From assembly GCA_013239625.1 (NCBI GenBank), contig MU054391.1, positions 8,217,095 to 8,281,094 of the forward strand: a DNA stretch of 64,000 nt, in the 5' to 3' direction. The notes under the pieces are model-generated. The model was not told where the DNA came from. It did no database searches and saw only the letters and a list, made by a program, of their open reading frames with translations. The position numbers and the translations under genes are program-made. Position 1 is the stretch's first letter, and the number at the start of each line of letters is the position of its first letter. Origin of the DNA: Lama guanicoe. Its lineage: Eukaryota. Of the stretch, positions 1 to 12,470 are shown piece after piece.

Positions 1-204
1 AGATCTGAGTCTTAGGGATATAGACGGAATAAAATCTCAGATAAGTATTTATTAATTATCAGTAACACAATGACAGTCTCCTGTGGGATGAGCGCAGCAA
101 AGTGTGACATAACATAGGTAAGAGGAATAATGCTCTGTACTCCAGAGAAGGGCGTGTCCCAGCTAGGGGGCACTGAGGGGTTGCAAGGCGCACTGTAAGC
201 CCTG

Positions 205-478
205 GCACTCTGGGGCTCTGGTGGGGTCAATGGCTTCATCCTTGAACTTACTGTGTTATACTGGGCACCAGATTCAGCCTCTGTGGGGCTTCGTATTTGC
301 ATTTGTAATATGTATAGGATAATGGCGCTGAATCCAGAAGGTTGTTGTAAATGTTAATGAATGCATGGTAAAACACTTTAAGACATTATGCACGCACATG
401 AATGCACATGCATGACATTAAGAGCAGCACCTGGCACACAGTAAACACTCAATACATATACAATTATTTATTATTATG
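205..478 (+). mobile_element. MIR SINE fragment (ancient, boundaries approximate)
   Basis: MIR core-like 'cattaagagcagcacctggcacacagtaaacactcaata...attatt' and upstream 'ttcagcctctg...catttgtaatatg...ataatg'. Confidence 0.6.
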
Positions 479-1605
479 TACATTGAGCCTTTAGGCTTTC
501 TGGTTACAAAAGAAATAGGCAACACTTCCTTTGGAAAGAGGGACCAGAGTTACATTATGGCTGTCACAATGCAGTCACAGGACTCAACGGACTACGGGAC
601 TGAAAATACTTCATTAAACCAAAACTGTAAAATAAAATCAGCAGAAAAATGATATGCATTTTACCCAATAATTGGGATAATTGTCTTCAACCATACACAA
701 AGCAATCCATAGTTATTTTGTCAAAATAATTTGTGAATTAGAGGTTGGGAACAGCTGATGTTTTGTTCATTTTAAATGGACTGTAGACCCTGCACTAGTG
801 TTTAAAGTCAGAAGCAAAGAAATACAATCTTGTGTAATTATCCAGAAGTAGTTAAAACACAGGATCTTGTATTTGCATCCCAAATACGCTGTTTCCTATT
901 ATGCAATCATGGGCAACCTAACCAGTATTCCTTATTCTAATTTCTAGGCTTAGTTTCCCCATCAGAAAAGTAAGAATCAGAAGAATCATGAGAATTTAAC
1001 TATTAAGATTGTTGTGAGGTTTATATGAATATATGAACTGGATTCTAAGTAATTATCATAGTTCCATGAATACATTAAGCATTCAATAGTCAGTGGTGGC
1101 CTCCTTGTGATGATAAGTAAGATGCAGATAACGGTGATGATGGATGTAAAAGGATGACATCAGGCTGGTACAATCTTGGAAACAGAGCCATTATTCTTAA
1201 GGAAACCCTCTTTAAACTTATACTGGGTAGCTCCAATGTTGCTTCTAAGACACTGAGCTACACATAGAGCAGATACACTAATTTATAGTGTAGAAAGAGC
1301 AACAATATCCAGCCTCTGGGAGCTCACAAAAGGGTAGGACAGGCTAACATATATACCTCTAACATGTAGTTCATGGCAGAATGTGATTAATTCAACGAAA
1401 TTAGAACTGAAGTACCCTGTGAGTCCTAGAAGGAGGAACGATGGATTTCTACGAATAAACTCTCTGAAGTTGAATGACAGTGACTGCACATTTAAGGGGG
1501 AAAAGATTTTTCCCAGTGAAGGTCTTTGGCCAAAGCTGAGGTTTTCAGAGGTTTAAAACTGCATGTTCTCGGCTTCTGTAACCATTGCCTTTTCTTATTG
1601 TATAT

Positions 1606-1783
1606 TGAGCTGCCAGATAAAATGCAGGATGTCCAGTTAAATTTGAATTCCAGATAAGCACCAATAATTTTTAATATAAGCGTGTCCCAAATATTGCATA
1701 GGACACATACTGAAAATAATAAGTAATTCTGAAAATCAAATACAGCTGGGCATCCTGTGTGTTTGTTAAACGTGGCAACACTA
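1606..1783 (-). mobile_element. MER53-like palindromic hAT MITE
   Basis: Termini 'gctgccagataaaatgcaggatgtccagttaaatttgaatt' and 'aaatcaaatacagctgggcatcctgt...tggcaacacta' are mutually inverted; centre 'tgtcccaaatattgcataggaca' fits the remembered MER53 consensus. Confidence 0.85.
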
Positions 1784-1848
1784 AGCAGGTACATTATGGA
1801 GAGAAAGCACATCCAATCGGAAGTTTAAAGACCATGTTGTTAAAGAAG

Positions 1849-1944
1849 AAAGTACTATTATTTCTTTGGATGTACTCAAATCAATCACTTCCTACCAAAC
1901 TACTATTATTTCTTTGGATGTACTCAAATTGATCACTTCCTACC
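1849..1944. repeat. 48-bp tandem duplication (2 copies)
   Basis: 1849-1896 and 1897-1944 differ at 3 positions. Confidence 0.95.
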
Positions 1945-3480
1945 TCTGAGCATCAGTCTCTGTGTCTGATGTAGGTTAAGAGATGGTTAAGAGATGGCCC
2001 GTAAGCCCTTCTGTGGCTCTCATGCTCTGCAGATGTAAATATGATCCTTAAAACTTGCAGTTAATTCTTTTTAATATATGACTCTAATATTCACTTTGAC
2101 ATTGAACATTCACTTTCTCTCACACACAGCATTCATTATTTTATTTTATCAATAATTCTGAAAATAAGTTCATTTTCAAGTGAGTAAACTGAAGTTTGGA
2201 TATTAACTGGTTTGGCCAGAACTATACAGTCAATAAATTGAGAAGCCAGGGTTTCATCTCTCTTCTTTCAAATCTCTACTATTTTTGTCACTCTGAAAAT
2301 CTTTGAGCTTTGAGTTCTCTTTTGATATTTAAAATGTGTTGTTATTAGAGGATAATAAAATAGATAAATGGAAAGTTAGATATTCTATTATGCAAAGAAT
2401 AATTGTTAAAAGATAATTATACATTTTCACTAATAAATAATTACTGAAACGTAATTATAAATTTTCACATTGGAGGAGGCACTAAAAATGAAAGGCATTT
2501 TTATCTTTTTGTTTTTTCCTTTCACAGTACCATGTGATTCTACTTTTAAAATAGGGTTTCAAGGTTTTCTAGGGAAGGAGACTGGTGTCAGAATTTCCAA
2601 TAAAAACTTGATTGCGTGATAAATGACCAGTTCACGTAGTGATATATAGTTTCCAATAATTTTAAAAGCACATTTAGCTCTCATTCCACCGTACATATTA
2701 CATAGATTTCATTTGAAAATTTGCAAAAGTGCTACCCAATCATTCTCTGTACTTAAGCTGAAGGGGAAAGCTGTAACTTTCACTAAAGCATGACACTTCC
2801 AAGCACATATTCACAATATATACTTTTTTTCACATTTTTCCTTGAACACTTAACAGGTCAGTGGGCAAGATATTATAGAGACAGAGTACTTTAGTGTAAT
2901 GCAAGTGTTTTAGAAGCAGACTGATGTCTGCCCCCATAAATTAGGAAGTAGGCAATGACAAAAAAAACTCCAGCAATGCAGCAGCATTTTGTTTCCAATG
3001 AAGAGCTAGAAGATGACAGCCAGCGGGGTAGTCCTGAGACCCTCAGCAGTTATCAAGAAGTCTCACGGCACACAGCGAGTGATGCAGCTGCATAGCCTGG
3101 TCATGAACACCATGGCTTTGTTCGAGTCTTGAGTGGGGGGAAGCATATGAGTGTGGCTTTCTTTCCAGTTGAAAAAGCCTAAAGAGAGAAGTAGCTGCAG
3201 GGTGACGACGTAGTGCCTCAGAGTGAACGAGGAAGAACGTTCCTTTTCCTAATTGCTCCGTCTCCTCCCTGCAGTGAGTCCTATGGACTCACAGACAACT
3301 GGGATGACCAGTTTGTCCTGAGGTCAAAGAAAGGTGCGATTCAGAACAACTGGAGGACGGAGTAGACGCCACGGCACCGAGAAGCCCCACAGTAAGTTTC
3401 CCCCAGTGTTTGGTGAGGCGGCGTGCTAAGACTTCTGGCTCTGCGGGCGCGATGTGGGTGGGTTATGCCCCATCCCACAC

Positions 3481-3790
3481 CCGGAACAGCGAGCTATGGC
3501 CCCCGGGCATCTCCTCCTGCTGCCTGCTTTTGAATGGCCCGGGAACTAAGAATGCTTTTTACATTTTTATCCACCCAAGAATAATCAAAATAATAATAAC
3601 AGTTACATGAAATGCAAATGCCACTAGCCCTAAACAAAGTATTCTTGAAACACAGACACATTCATGGATCTGTCTCTGGCTGCTTTTATACTGTAGCAGC
3701 AGAAATGAATAGATACAATATATTGAATGGCCGGCAATCCTAAAACATTTACCACTAGCCCGTTAGGGAAAGAAGCATGCAACTCTCGTA
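3481..3790 (+). mobile_element. MER58B-like hAT-Charlie MITE
   Basis: 'tggcccgggaactaagaatgctttttacattttt', 'aaacaaagtattcttgaaacacag', 'tggctgctttt', 'cctaaaacatttaccactagccc' follow MER58B motif order. Confidence 0.75.
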
Positions 3791-4179
3791 CTGAACACTG
3801 AATTAATGCTGTTCTGTGATAACTGTAAATAATATATCCTTAGATATGATCACTTTTCTGTTTTCCAGGTACTCTCAGGAACGGCGGACGAAGAGACGGA
3901 AATGACATGAAAAAAAACCAAAACAGTCTGCACAATGACTTGCACTTTTCAAATAATGATTTAGTCGTGTGATAGGCAGGAAGAGGGACATCTCCCAGCT
4001 GGGAGGACTGGGGTAACAGAATCGGTCTTGGATGCCCTCAAGGCAGGTTGTCCTGATGGCTGCAGTCAGAGCAGGGTTGGAATCTGGCCATTCCTATTGC
4101 TCAGTCCACGCACTTCAGACAGACAGGACAGAAGTCTGGCTCTCGAGGCCCTTCAGTGTTATCTCTGTTTTGTCTGATC

Positions 4180-5940
4180 CTTGTCAGTCACCCCCCCTTC
4201 AAGGTGGTGATGTTTTTGAGACTCATTCCTGCTACTGCACGCATTAGTAGTTTGCGTCTTTCCTCCTTCCTTTGCTGAGTGGTATTGCCTTGTATGGCTA
4301 TATCTCACTCTTAAACCAGCTCAGGTTTTGCTCTTATTAATAATACTGCTCTCATCAGCAGCATACAAATCTTTGTGCAGACATTTGTTTTTATTTGTTT
4401 TAGGTAAACAATCATTAGCAGAAGATCTGTGAAATATGATAGAAGTGCCTTCTACTTTTTTAGGAACTACCAAACTCTTTTCCAATATGGCTGTACAACT
4501 TTAAACTGACAAATATTATCAGCAATATGTGAGGCTTCTCCAAATCTTTAGCATTCTGGTGGGCGTGTTGTGGTGTGTTATTGTGGTATTATATTCAATT
4601 TTTAATGGCTAATGACCTTAAGCCCCTTTTCATGTGCTTTCTTGACATTTGTACATTTTCTTTGGTAGAGTGTGTATTTAAATCCTCTGCTCACTTTATA
4701 TGGTTTTGATTTTCTTATTCTTAAATTATAATTGTATTATATATTCTAGATACATAGTTCTTTATCAATATATATATTTTGCAAATATATTCCTCAAATA
4801 TATGGCTTGCATTTTAATTTTCTAATAGTGGCTTTGGAAGAGACAAAGTTTTTAAATTTGATGAAGACAATTTATCAGTTATCACTTTTTAATGGTTTAT
4901 GCTTTGGCATTCTACATAAGAATATATCACCTAGCACAAAGTTACAAAGATTTTATCATATGTTTCTTTTACATATTTTATGGTTTTAGGTTTGCTTTTT
5001 GGAATATGATGTATCCAGTTGTTTTAACATGATTTGTTGAGAAAGCTGTCATTTTTGTCATTGAATTTTCTTGGCATTTTTGGCATACATCATTTGATCA
5101 TATATATGTGGGTATATTTTTGTATTGTGTGTGTGTGTGTGTGTGTGTGTGTATAATCAGTGCTAATGCCAAATATAGACTATTTTTTATTGTAACTTTA
5201 TAGTTTGTCTTGAAATTAGACAGTGGAAGTTCTATAAAATTTTTTCCTGTTTAATTTTTTCAGCTATTATAGACCATTTACATTTCTTTAAAAATTTTGG
5301 ACTTGTCAGTTTTCTCAGAAGCAGCCTAGTGGGATCTGATAGGGATCGCATGGAATCTACAGATTAATTTGTGCAGAAATGCCATCTTAACAATATTGTG
5401 TCTTTCAAAACATGCACATTGTGATTTCTTATTTATTTTTTCTTAGCAAACTATTGCAGTTAAATTTTCTCTTAAGTCCTGTATTTTTGCATAATATCAG
5501 CCTTTCAACTTCATTTTTGGATTGTTACTAGAATATAAAATACAATTGACTTCTGCATATGAATGCTTTATTTTACCACCATGAAATTTACTTATTGGCT
5601 GTAGTCCCTATTCTTGCAGATTTTATAGATTGATTTTTATGTAAATTATAATGTTGTTTGCAAATAAAATAATCTTACTTCCTTCTTACTAATCTGTTTG
5701 TCTTAATTTATTTTCCTTGCCTTATTACACGGGCTACTACGTCCAGCACTGTGTTGAACAGAAGTTTGAAAGTAGACATTTTTCCCTTCTTAATAATTTT
5801 AGGTAGACAACATTCAGTATATTACCATTGAGGATTACGGTGTTTCACGGTTTTTCTGGTCTTACTATTCTAAGAGTTATCATGTACACATATGGGATTT
5901 GGGTAAATGCCTTTTTTTCAATTACTGACATGTTTTATAC
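4180..5940 (-). mobile_element. Ancient L1 (L1MC/L1ME-type) ORF2 3' half and 3' end, heavily degraded
   Basis: T-rich antisense L1 text, e.g. 'ttttaggaactaccaaactcttttccaatatggctgtac', 'tggaatctacagattaatttg', 'ccagcactgtgttgaacagaag'. Confidence 0.8.
5126..5152. repeat. (TG)n microsatellite
   Basis: Direct reading. Confidence 0.95.
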
Positions 5941-6776
5941 TCGTTTCTGGTGGAGGGGATAAGAAACTCCCTCATGTCTCCATCAGCCAAACATAGTTTT
6001 TTCTACTATCATTTAAGAAATAATACACTTTAAAAAGATACTAACACTGTGAATAAGCTTTATTATACACAAAGTAACAGGATTGGAGGAAAGCAATACA
6101 TCTCTGCTTATTCTTTTGTGAGAGAAGATCCCAGGAATGACGAGAAATATGTTCTCTGAGGCATCATTCCATGAAACTCTATGCCTGGAAACTGTGTGGA
6201 AGACTAAACTGGCATTAATGAGCCACACAGAATTTTGAAAGGTTATGATTCTGTCATCTTTTCCTCTTTAACTATATCTTTCTTACCAATGAGGAGACAA
6301 TTTTTATTCCAAAACCTATTCTCAATTCATTGATTCTACCCTTAGGAGCTGAATTTTAGCTTAATATAGAATATGGTATGCTCAGATAGACTTTTTTTTT
6401 TTTTCCAACCTTACTGGCAATTAGGTCTGACCATGCAGCCAAGTTTGAACCAAAAGTTTATGTGAAAAATTAACGATTTCAAGTTAATTTCCTTAAAAAC
6501 AAAGTCATTTTCTCTGAACCCTCTCTTTCCTTCTCCTTCTTGCCTGAAAAGTGGTGCTGTTTGGAGAAGCTGTCTTAGATCCAGAAAAGAAAACCTCATA
6601 ATAGAACTTCACAGGCTGGGTCCCTGGGTGACCTCCTGGAGCAGAATCTCCTCCTACTCTACACTGTTACTGTCAGGAGGAAAACTTTTACCTTGTTGGG
6701 ACATTTGATTATGGAAACTATTTTAAAACAGCAACCTAGCCAATAGTCTTATAAATAAACTCACCCTATACCATGT

Positions 6777-6779
<3 letters not shown>

Positions 6780-6808
<29 letters not shown>
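6780..6808. repeat. (CA)n microsatellite
   Basis: Direct reading. Confidence 0.95.
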
Positions 6809-7210
6809 CACTACACATGCATAAAACAAACCCTGTAAGCTCCTACTCAGTACACCCTGTTTTTAGCATTGCTACCAAAATGTATGAAACTAAGTTAAGA
6901 ATCTTATACTTAATAGTAACTTAACAATAGTATCAAATCATCACATTATATACTTCAAACTTATATGCTGTATGTTAGTTGTATCTCAATATTGTTGGAA
7001 AAAAAAATCCACAATGGTATCCATCAGATGACTTAAGTTCTTGGGTTAAACAACCCTGTAGGACTTAAGCTCACAGAATACAAAGGGAATGGCCCTTCTA
7101 AAAAGCTTTAATGACATCTCCTTATAATTCCTAGTATTATAATTCCTAGTATTTTCATCATGGTCACTTCCTCTGCATGTCTTTTGTTTTCCCTGTGACC
7201 TTCTGTTTTC

Positions 7211-7282
7211 CTGTGTACCTTGACTTCTGTTAGTCATAATGCAGATCTGTGTACCCAGACTTTTGTTACTCATAATGCAGAT
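7211..7282. repeat. 36-bp tandem duplication (2 copies)
   Basis: ctgtgtaccttgacttctgttagtcataatgcagat / ctgtgtacccagacttttgttactcataatgcagat. Confidence 0.9.
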
Positions 7283-7329
7283 CCCCACATATTTAAAACT
7301 GCTTCCTGAGCTTTGTTACCTTTAATTTT

Positions 7330-8160
7330 CACTGACATTATAAAATCAAAATGTGCAAAACTCAACATTTTTTTCCACATGGACTTATCTTCATGTATCC
7401 CTTACAAAAATTAATGAGACCATCTTCTCACTGCCCAGTCCAAAGGCAGAAACACTGAGGTAACTTAGACTTCTATTTCCTTTTAACCAGACAATCACCA
7501 AGTCCGTTGAGTTCTCTAGTATTTCTCAGATTCCAACTTCCTCTTCAGACTCACTAAGGATTTCTTCCCCAGGTTCACCTTTCAGTTGGATTATTTGAAA
7601 TACTTAAATTGTTTTTAAACTTCATTGCCTTCAGCATCAGTTTACTTTCCACAGAGCTGTTAGTGGAACTCAGAATGTTACTGCTTTGCTGAAAACCCTT
7701 CAGTGGTTACCCACGGCCAGTGAACTAATGTGAAACCCCACCTGCATGGCACACGAGGAAGTGACATTTGGCTGGACGTACACATCCAGCCATGCCTCTC
7801 TTCACTTCCCACGTGCTCTGTTCTCTGAACTACTGATGTTACACTTTCCATGCCTCTTTATTTTTGCCAAAACTCTTTCTTCTTTCTAGAATGCCCTCCC
7901 TCTTTTGTCTGCCTTATCTCATTCTTCAGATCTCACCTGAAATGTTATACTAAAATATCTTTTGCTGCAACGCAGGAAGGGTTATCACATCTTTTGTGCC
8001 CTGAGAGCAGTTTGCATATAGGTGCTTGCTACACAGAAATCATTTATATGACTTTCTCTCTCAGCACATCGTAAGGTCCTTGAGGATAGTTTCTGTACCT
8101 TACCATATCTGCTTCCTGAACATGGCTTGTAGTGTCTGACGTATAATTGATACTCAGTGC
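7330..8160 (+). mobile_element. L2 LINE 3' region (degraded)
   Basis: 'ctgaaaacccttcagtggttaccca', 'ttcttcagatctcacctgaaatg', terminal 'tagtgtctgacgtataattgatactcagt'. Confidence 0.7.
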
Positions 8161-9699
8161 CTAAAACCCTAATCAAATCTGAAATCCTTTTCTTTCACAT
8201 GTTTGGTCTTAAATTGTGGAGTTAAAAATAGAGTAAGTTGTGATATCTCTTCTTATGTAACTTACAGTCTTGAGGAAACGCATATAATTCATATTAGTTA
8301 GAAATATCTGGGAGAAAAGGATAAGTGGGTTCTGAATAATATCACATACATTGTATTTTAACTAAGCCAACTATGGTCTAGCCTATTAAGGAAGGAAACT
8401 GGTCTCCCCTCACTCCCTGCACATGGAATATAGATTATATAATTATATTATTCAAGCTGACTTCAGATATCTGATAGCTTGTTACATGGAAGAAAAATCT
8501 GTGTTCGTTCTATGGGCATTAAGTGATGTCCAGAACCAGTGTTGGGAATTGGGAGAACATAGAAATTTTTAATCATCTCAGCTGGACATATCTGGACTAC
8601 GTTCCTTCAGAAAGCAGTGCAATGCTCACCTGATCTGAGTGAGCAGCTACCTGTCAAGAACAGAGCAGAATGGAGGCACCAGATGGGTCATGAGGAGATA
8701 CTGCCGTCCTTTACGAATCTCAAAACAATCTAAGATTTAAAGTCACCTCAAAAACGTCAAATTGATTTTTCAAAGGAAAAACACATCTTTATAACAGCTA
8801 AGTGACAAAGAATTTGTGGATGCAACTACTATTCATGATGGTGTTTGTCGAAGCATAAAGGCATTTTTTTTAAGGGCAAGTATTGTCAAGGCCACCCATA
8901 AACTTGAAAATCTTGCTCAGGCCAGTGCTGTACAGTCATTTTAAGGGATGCTCTACCTGGTGTGAGATTTACTGTAATCACCAGGCAGAATAGAATATAA
9001 TCTTATGACAAGAAGCACATATATTTTGTTGTTATAAAAATACATCATTGGAATCCAATTACACAGCAATCACAGGTGTGTTTATGCTAGATTAGCTCAA
9101 TTTATTTTGGTCAGTTTGGCACCTTGGATTTACACCATTAACTATTGTCTTAAATATAAAAAATCTAGTGTCATGCAGGCTAAGGATGAGATGAGAAAAC
9201 TATTAGAAATCCTTGTTTCCCATCATTTATTACGTTCATTCTCCTATTTAATGATGCCTTACATAAGATTATGTTGAGTGTGAGAACACTGACTGCTGTC
9301 AAGGATGGACCAGCTCCAGCCTTCTGTATAATATAAGTGCACTAAAATCCAGGATTCAAACTAGTATTTTTATTTTGTTGGCTAAAGTCAAACTATTGAT
9401 CCAATCTACTTCTGAAATGAATCACTCTCCTTCTCTGAGACCAACAATTCACTACTAAAATTTTTTTTGTGTGTGAGGAATAAACTTTATTTTTTAAAGT
9501 GGTCCCTCTAGGGACTTGTCACAGCATCACCTAGCCATGGAAGCAGAGGTTCTGTACACAAAAAAAAGGGCCTACATCCAGGAGATATGGGACCTACCCT
9601 ACAACGTGTAGTGGCAGAAGCAGATAAATATAAATGGATAAATATGGATAGGACAGGATTCTGACAGTGCTAAGTGAAAGAGAAAATAAAGTTGGATAA

Positions 9700-10390
9700 C
9701 AGAGACTTTGCTAATATGGAAGCACAGTATTTAGCACCGTGGCTGGACCCCAGGGAGGCTATGTTACCAGGCACTGCTGAGATGGCTGAAACTCAGGGAA
9801 GCCATGGCCCAAGCACTAAGTGACAGAGAGACAGCAGGACCAGCAAAGCAGATGGTGGAAGAGGGAAGCAAAAGGCTTCCACCCTGGAGAACAAACTCCT
9901 GTGGAAATTGCCCTCTAGGACAAGATCTATGAAAAGGTTATTTTCAGACCCTGATCCACAGGCAGCAAAGGACTGCGATCCCAGAGAGGAAAGAAATGAA
10001 CTGACCCTAGAACTACACTGACTTCCTACTGGGAGACAATTTCCAGGCTGCTATAGGGAAGAAAAATCCAAATGGTCTCTCTGAGTTGAGGAGACAGAGA
10101 TCTACAAAAGGGGAGCTTGAGGGGTTGGGGCTGGGTGTGCAGGGCAGAGCATTGAGAAAAGGTGAAACTGCACAGAGAGCTCCAGAGACCTGCAGAGGAA
10201 CCCCCAATTTTTGGTTAGGATCCGACCTGCACGTAGGAAACACCACCAGAACAGGGTCAGCCAAACAACTCTAGAGCACACAGAATGGAAGGGGGAAACA
10301 GCAATGTATTCGTGTAAGGTTGTGCACTGTATGTTCAGTGGTGTGTTATCTGAAGTTGAAGATATATATTATAAATCCTAGAATCATCTC
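9700..10390 (+). mobile_element. Old L1 (L1MC/ME-type) 5' region plus inter-ORF fragment
   Basis: 'ggagacaatttccaggctgc', 'ctgagttgaggagacagagatc', 'gcacagagagctccagagacctgcagag' resemble old L1M 5' regions; 'gatatatattataaatcctaga' is inter-ORF-like. Confidence 0.55.
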
Positions 10391-11749
10391 TATTCATTCC
10401 CTGTAAAGATTCTGACCTCACACATTTTTATTATTTTCTCCTTACCCCGTCGTCCTAATTGCAGGCACACTTCGCAGCTTTATGCAGACATAAAAAATAA
10501 GGTAGGCGTTAAGGTCATCCTGGTATGTTTATGCTTGGATGGAGGTGGTACACTGTACTGCTTCCTCAGCAAAAGGTTCTTCCTCTCTCTGGGCCATAAT
10601 TTTTCACTGCACTTAAATTTCTTAATAATAGTTAATCTACTGAAATATTGCCTTAAGAAGAAATGAGAAATTGAAAGTTAATTCTATTTCAGTAGCATGT
10701 CCTATTTCTCAAACGTATCTAAGTACATTTTACCGTGGATGATCAACAGACTTTTAATTTCTTATCTCTTTCTTTTAAACAGCAGACTCTTAGCATTTAA
10801 ACTCTATATTCTCAGAATTTATCTGAAATTGATCTACCCCATCAGATGGGGAAATTAAATTATTGACTTTAATTAGATTTTATTGAATGATTGCTACTCA
10901 CAAATCAGACTTGTGTGTAACAATCACATTCTAAATAATAGACTGTTTTATGTTCACACTGTATAATATTGAAACTATTCTAAATTACTGTTATAATATA
11001 TTGAAAATTTTCAGTCATTTTTATGTTTATGTTTATGTTTTTCACCTATTGAAAGGGTAACACGTTCATTATGACACAGGATTTAAGAGCACGAGGTCTG
11101 CAGCCAGATTTCCTTATAAAAATCACTGCTCTACCACTCCCTATTTTCCTCCATAACTCTGTGCATAATGCCCCTCATTTAAACAAATAAATATAGTACC
11201 AAGCTTATAGATTTGCTTGATAATTACATAGTGTAATACATGTCAAGGGCTCAGAATTTGCATGCATACTTTAAAACACCCAATAAATACTGTTTTTATT
11301 ATATTTATTCACAATATAAAATCTGGCAAACACAGATCTAAAAAGGAAGAAAATCTGCCCTGTTCTTACCAAATAGAGATAATAATTGCTATCACTTTGT
11401 TCTTTCCAGTTGTGTCTCTGATAAGTATTTAAATATTTTTCTGTAATTTAAATGCTTATACATACTATTGGGATAGGCACTTGTCTAACCTAAAAGCATG
11501 GAGACATTTATTATGAGTTCCTTAGAAATGAACAGAAATAGAATTTATGGGCATGTCTACTTAGAGATGTCTGGACATGTTTTAAAATACATCCAAAAGC
11601 GTTACCACAAATCAAAATTCCAATGTAGTGCATCTGCTTCTTTTAACACATTGCTGGCACTTGTATTAATATTTTAAAGAGACTGAATTACATATTTCAC
11701 TCAAGTTGGTAGAAAACTAAAGTAAGAATAATCATTAGAATTGTAATAT

Positions 11750-12470
11750 AGATGGCAGAGTTGACAAAAGCGTTGTTTAGTATTAAATTTGTTATTATTG
11801 AAAAAACACTGTTATGTAGAAAGTCTCCCCGTTCTTAGTTAGTAAACACTGAAGCATTTAGGGGTAAAGGGCTTTGATGTATGCATATTACTCTCACATG
11901 GTCTAGAAAAAAAACTTATGTGATAAATAAAAGTTGAGAGAGAGAGGTTGATAGAGAGAGAGATAGGAGGTCAGGGAAACGGGGTAAAATGTTACCAATA
12001 TGTGATCCTGGATCTCGGGTGTGTTATGATCTGAGTGTTCGTGTCCTCCCCAGATTCACATGCTGACATTTTAACCTGCAGAGATGATGGTATGCAGAGA
12101 TGGGGACTCTGGGAGGTGCTTGGGTCACGAGAGCAGAGCCTTCAGAAATGGGATTAATATTCATTTAAGAGAAACCCGACAGAGATCCGTAGCCCCTGCC
12201 GACATTAAGAACAAAGCAAAGAGGCTCTGGCGATGAACCAGGAAGAGAGCCCTGACCCAACCATGTGGTCCTGCTGGTGCCCTGATCTTGGACTTCCCAG
12301 TCTCCACAACTGTGAGAGTTAAATTTTTGTTGTTTATAAGCTACCCCATCTGTGACATTTTATTATAGCAGCACAAATGGACCAAAACAGGGCACACGGA
12401 TGTTCTTTGTAATATTCTTCTTGCAAACTCCATAAATTTCTAATTATTTTCAGATAGCCAGTTAAAAACA
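11750..12470 (+). mobile_element. Old L1 3' UTR (L1MC/ME-type) interrupted by an MLT1A LTR
   Basis: 'aaacactgaagcatttaggggtaaagggc...tactctcacatggtc' before, and 'gatgttctttgtaatattctt...caaact' after, the LTR. Confidence 0.6.
12022..12389 (+). mobile_element. MLT1A-like ERVL-MaLR solo LTR
   Basis: TG...CA ends ('tgttatg'...'accaaaaca'); MaLR motifs 'ctgatcttggacttcccagtctccacaactgtgaga', 'tgtttataagctaccc'; 5-bp TSD GGGTG/GGGCA. Confidence 0.85.

Noticed and set aside
1849..1944. CRISPR-like direct repeats
   Set aside because: Only two contiguous copies, no unique spacers, eukaryotic context, no cas genes.
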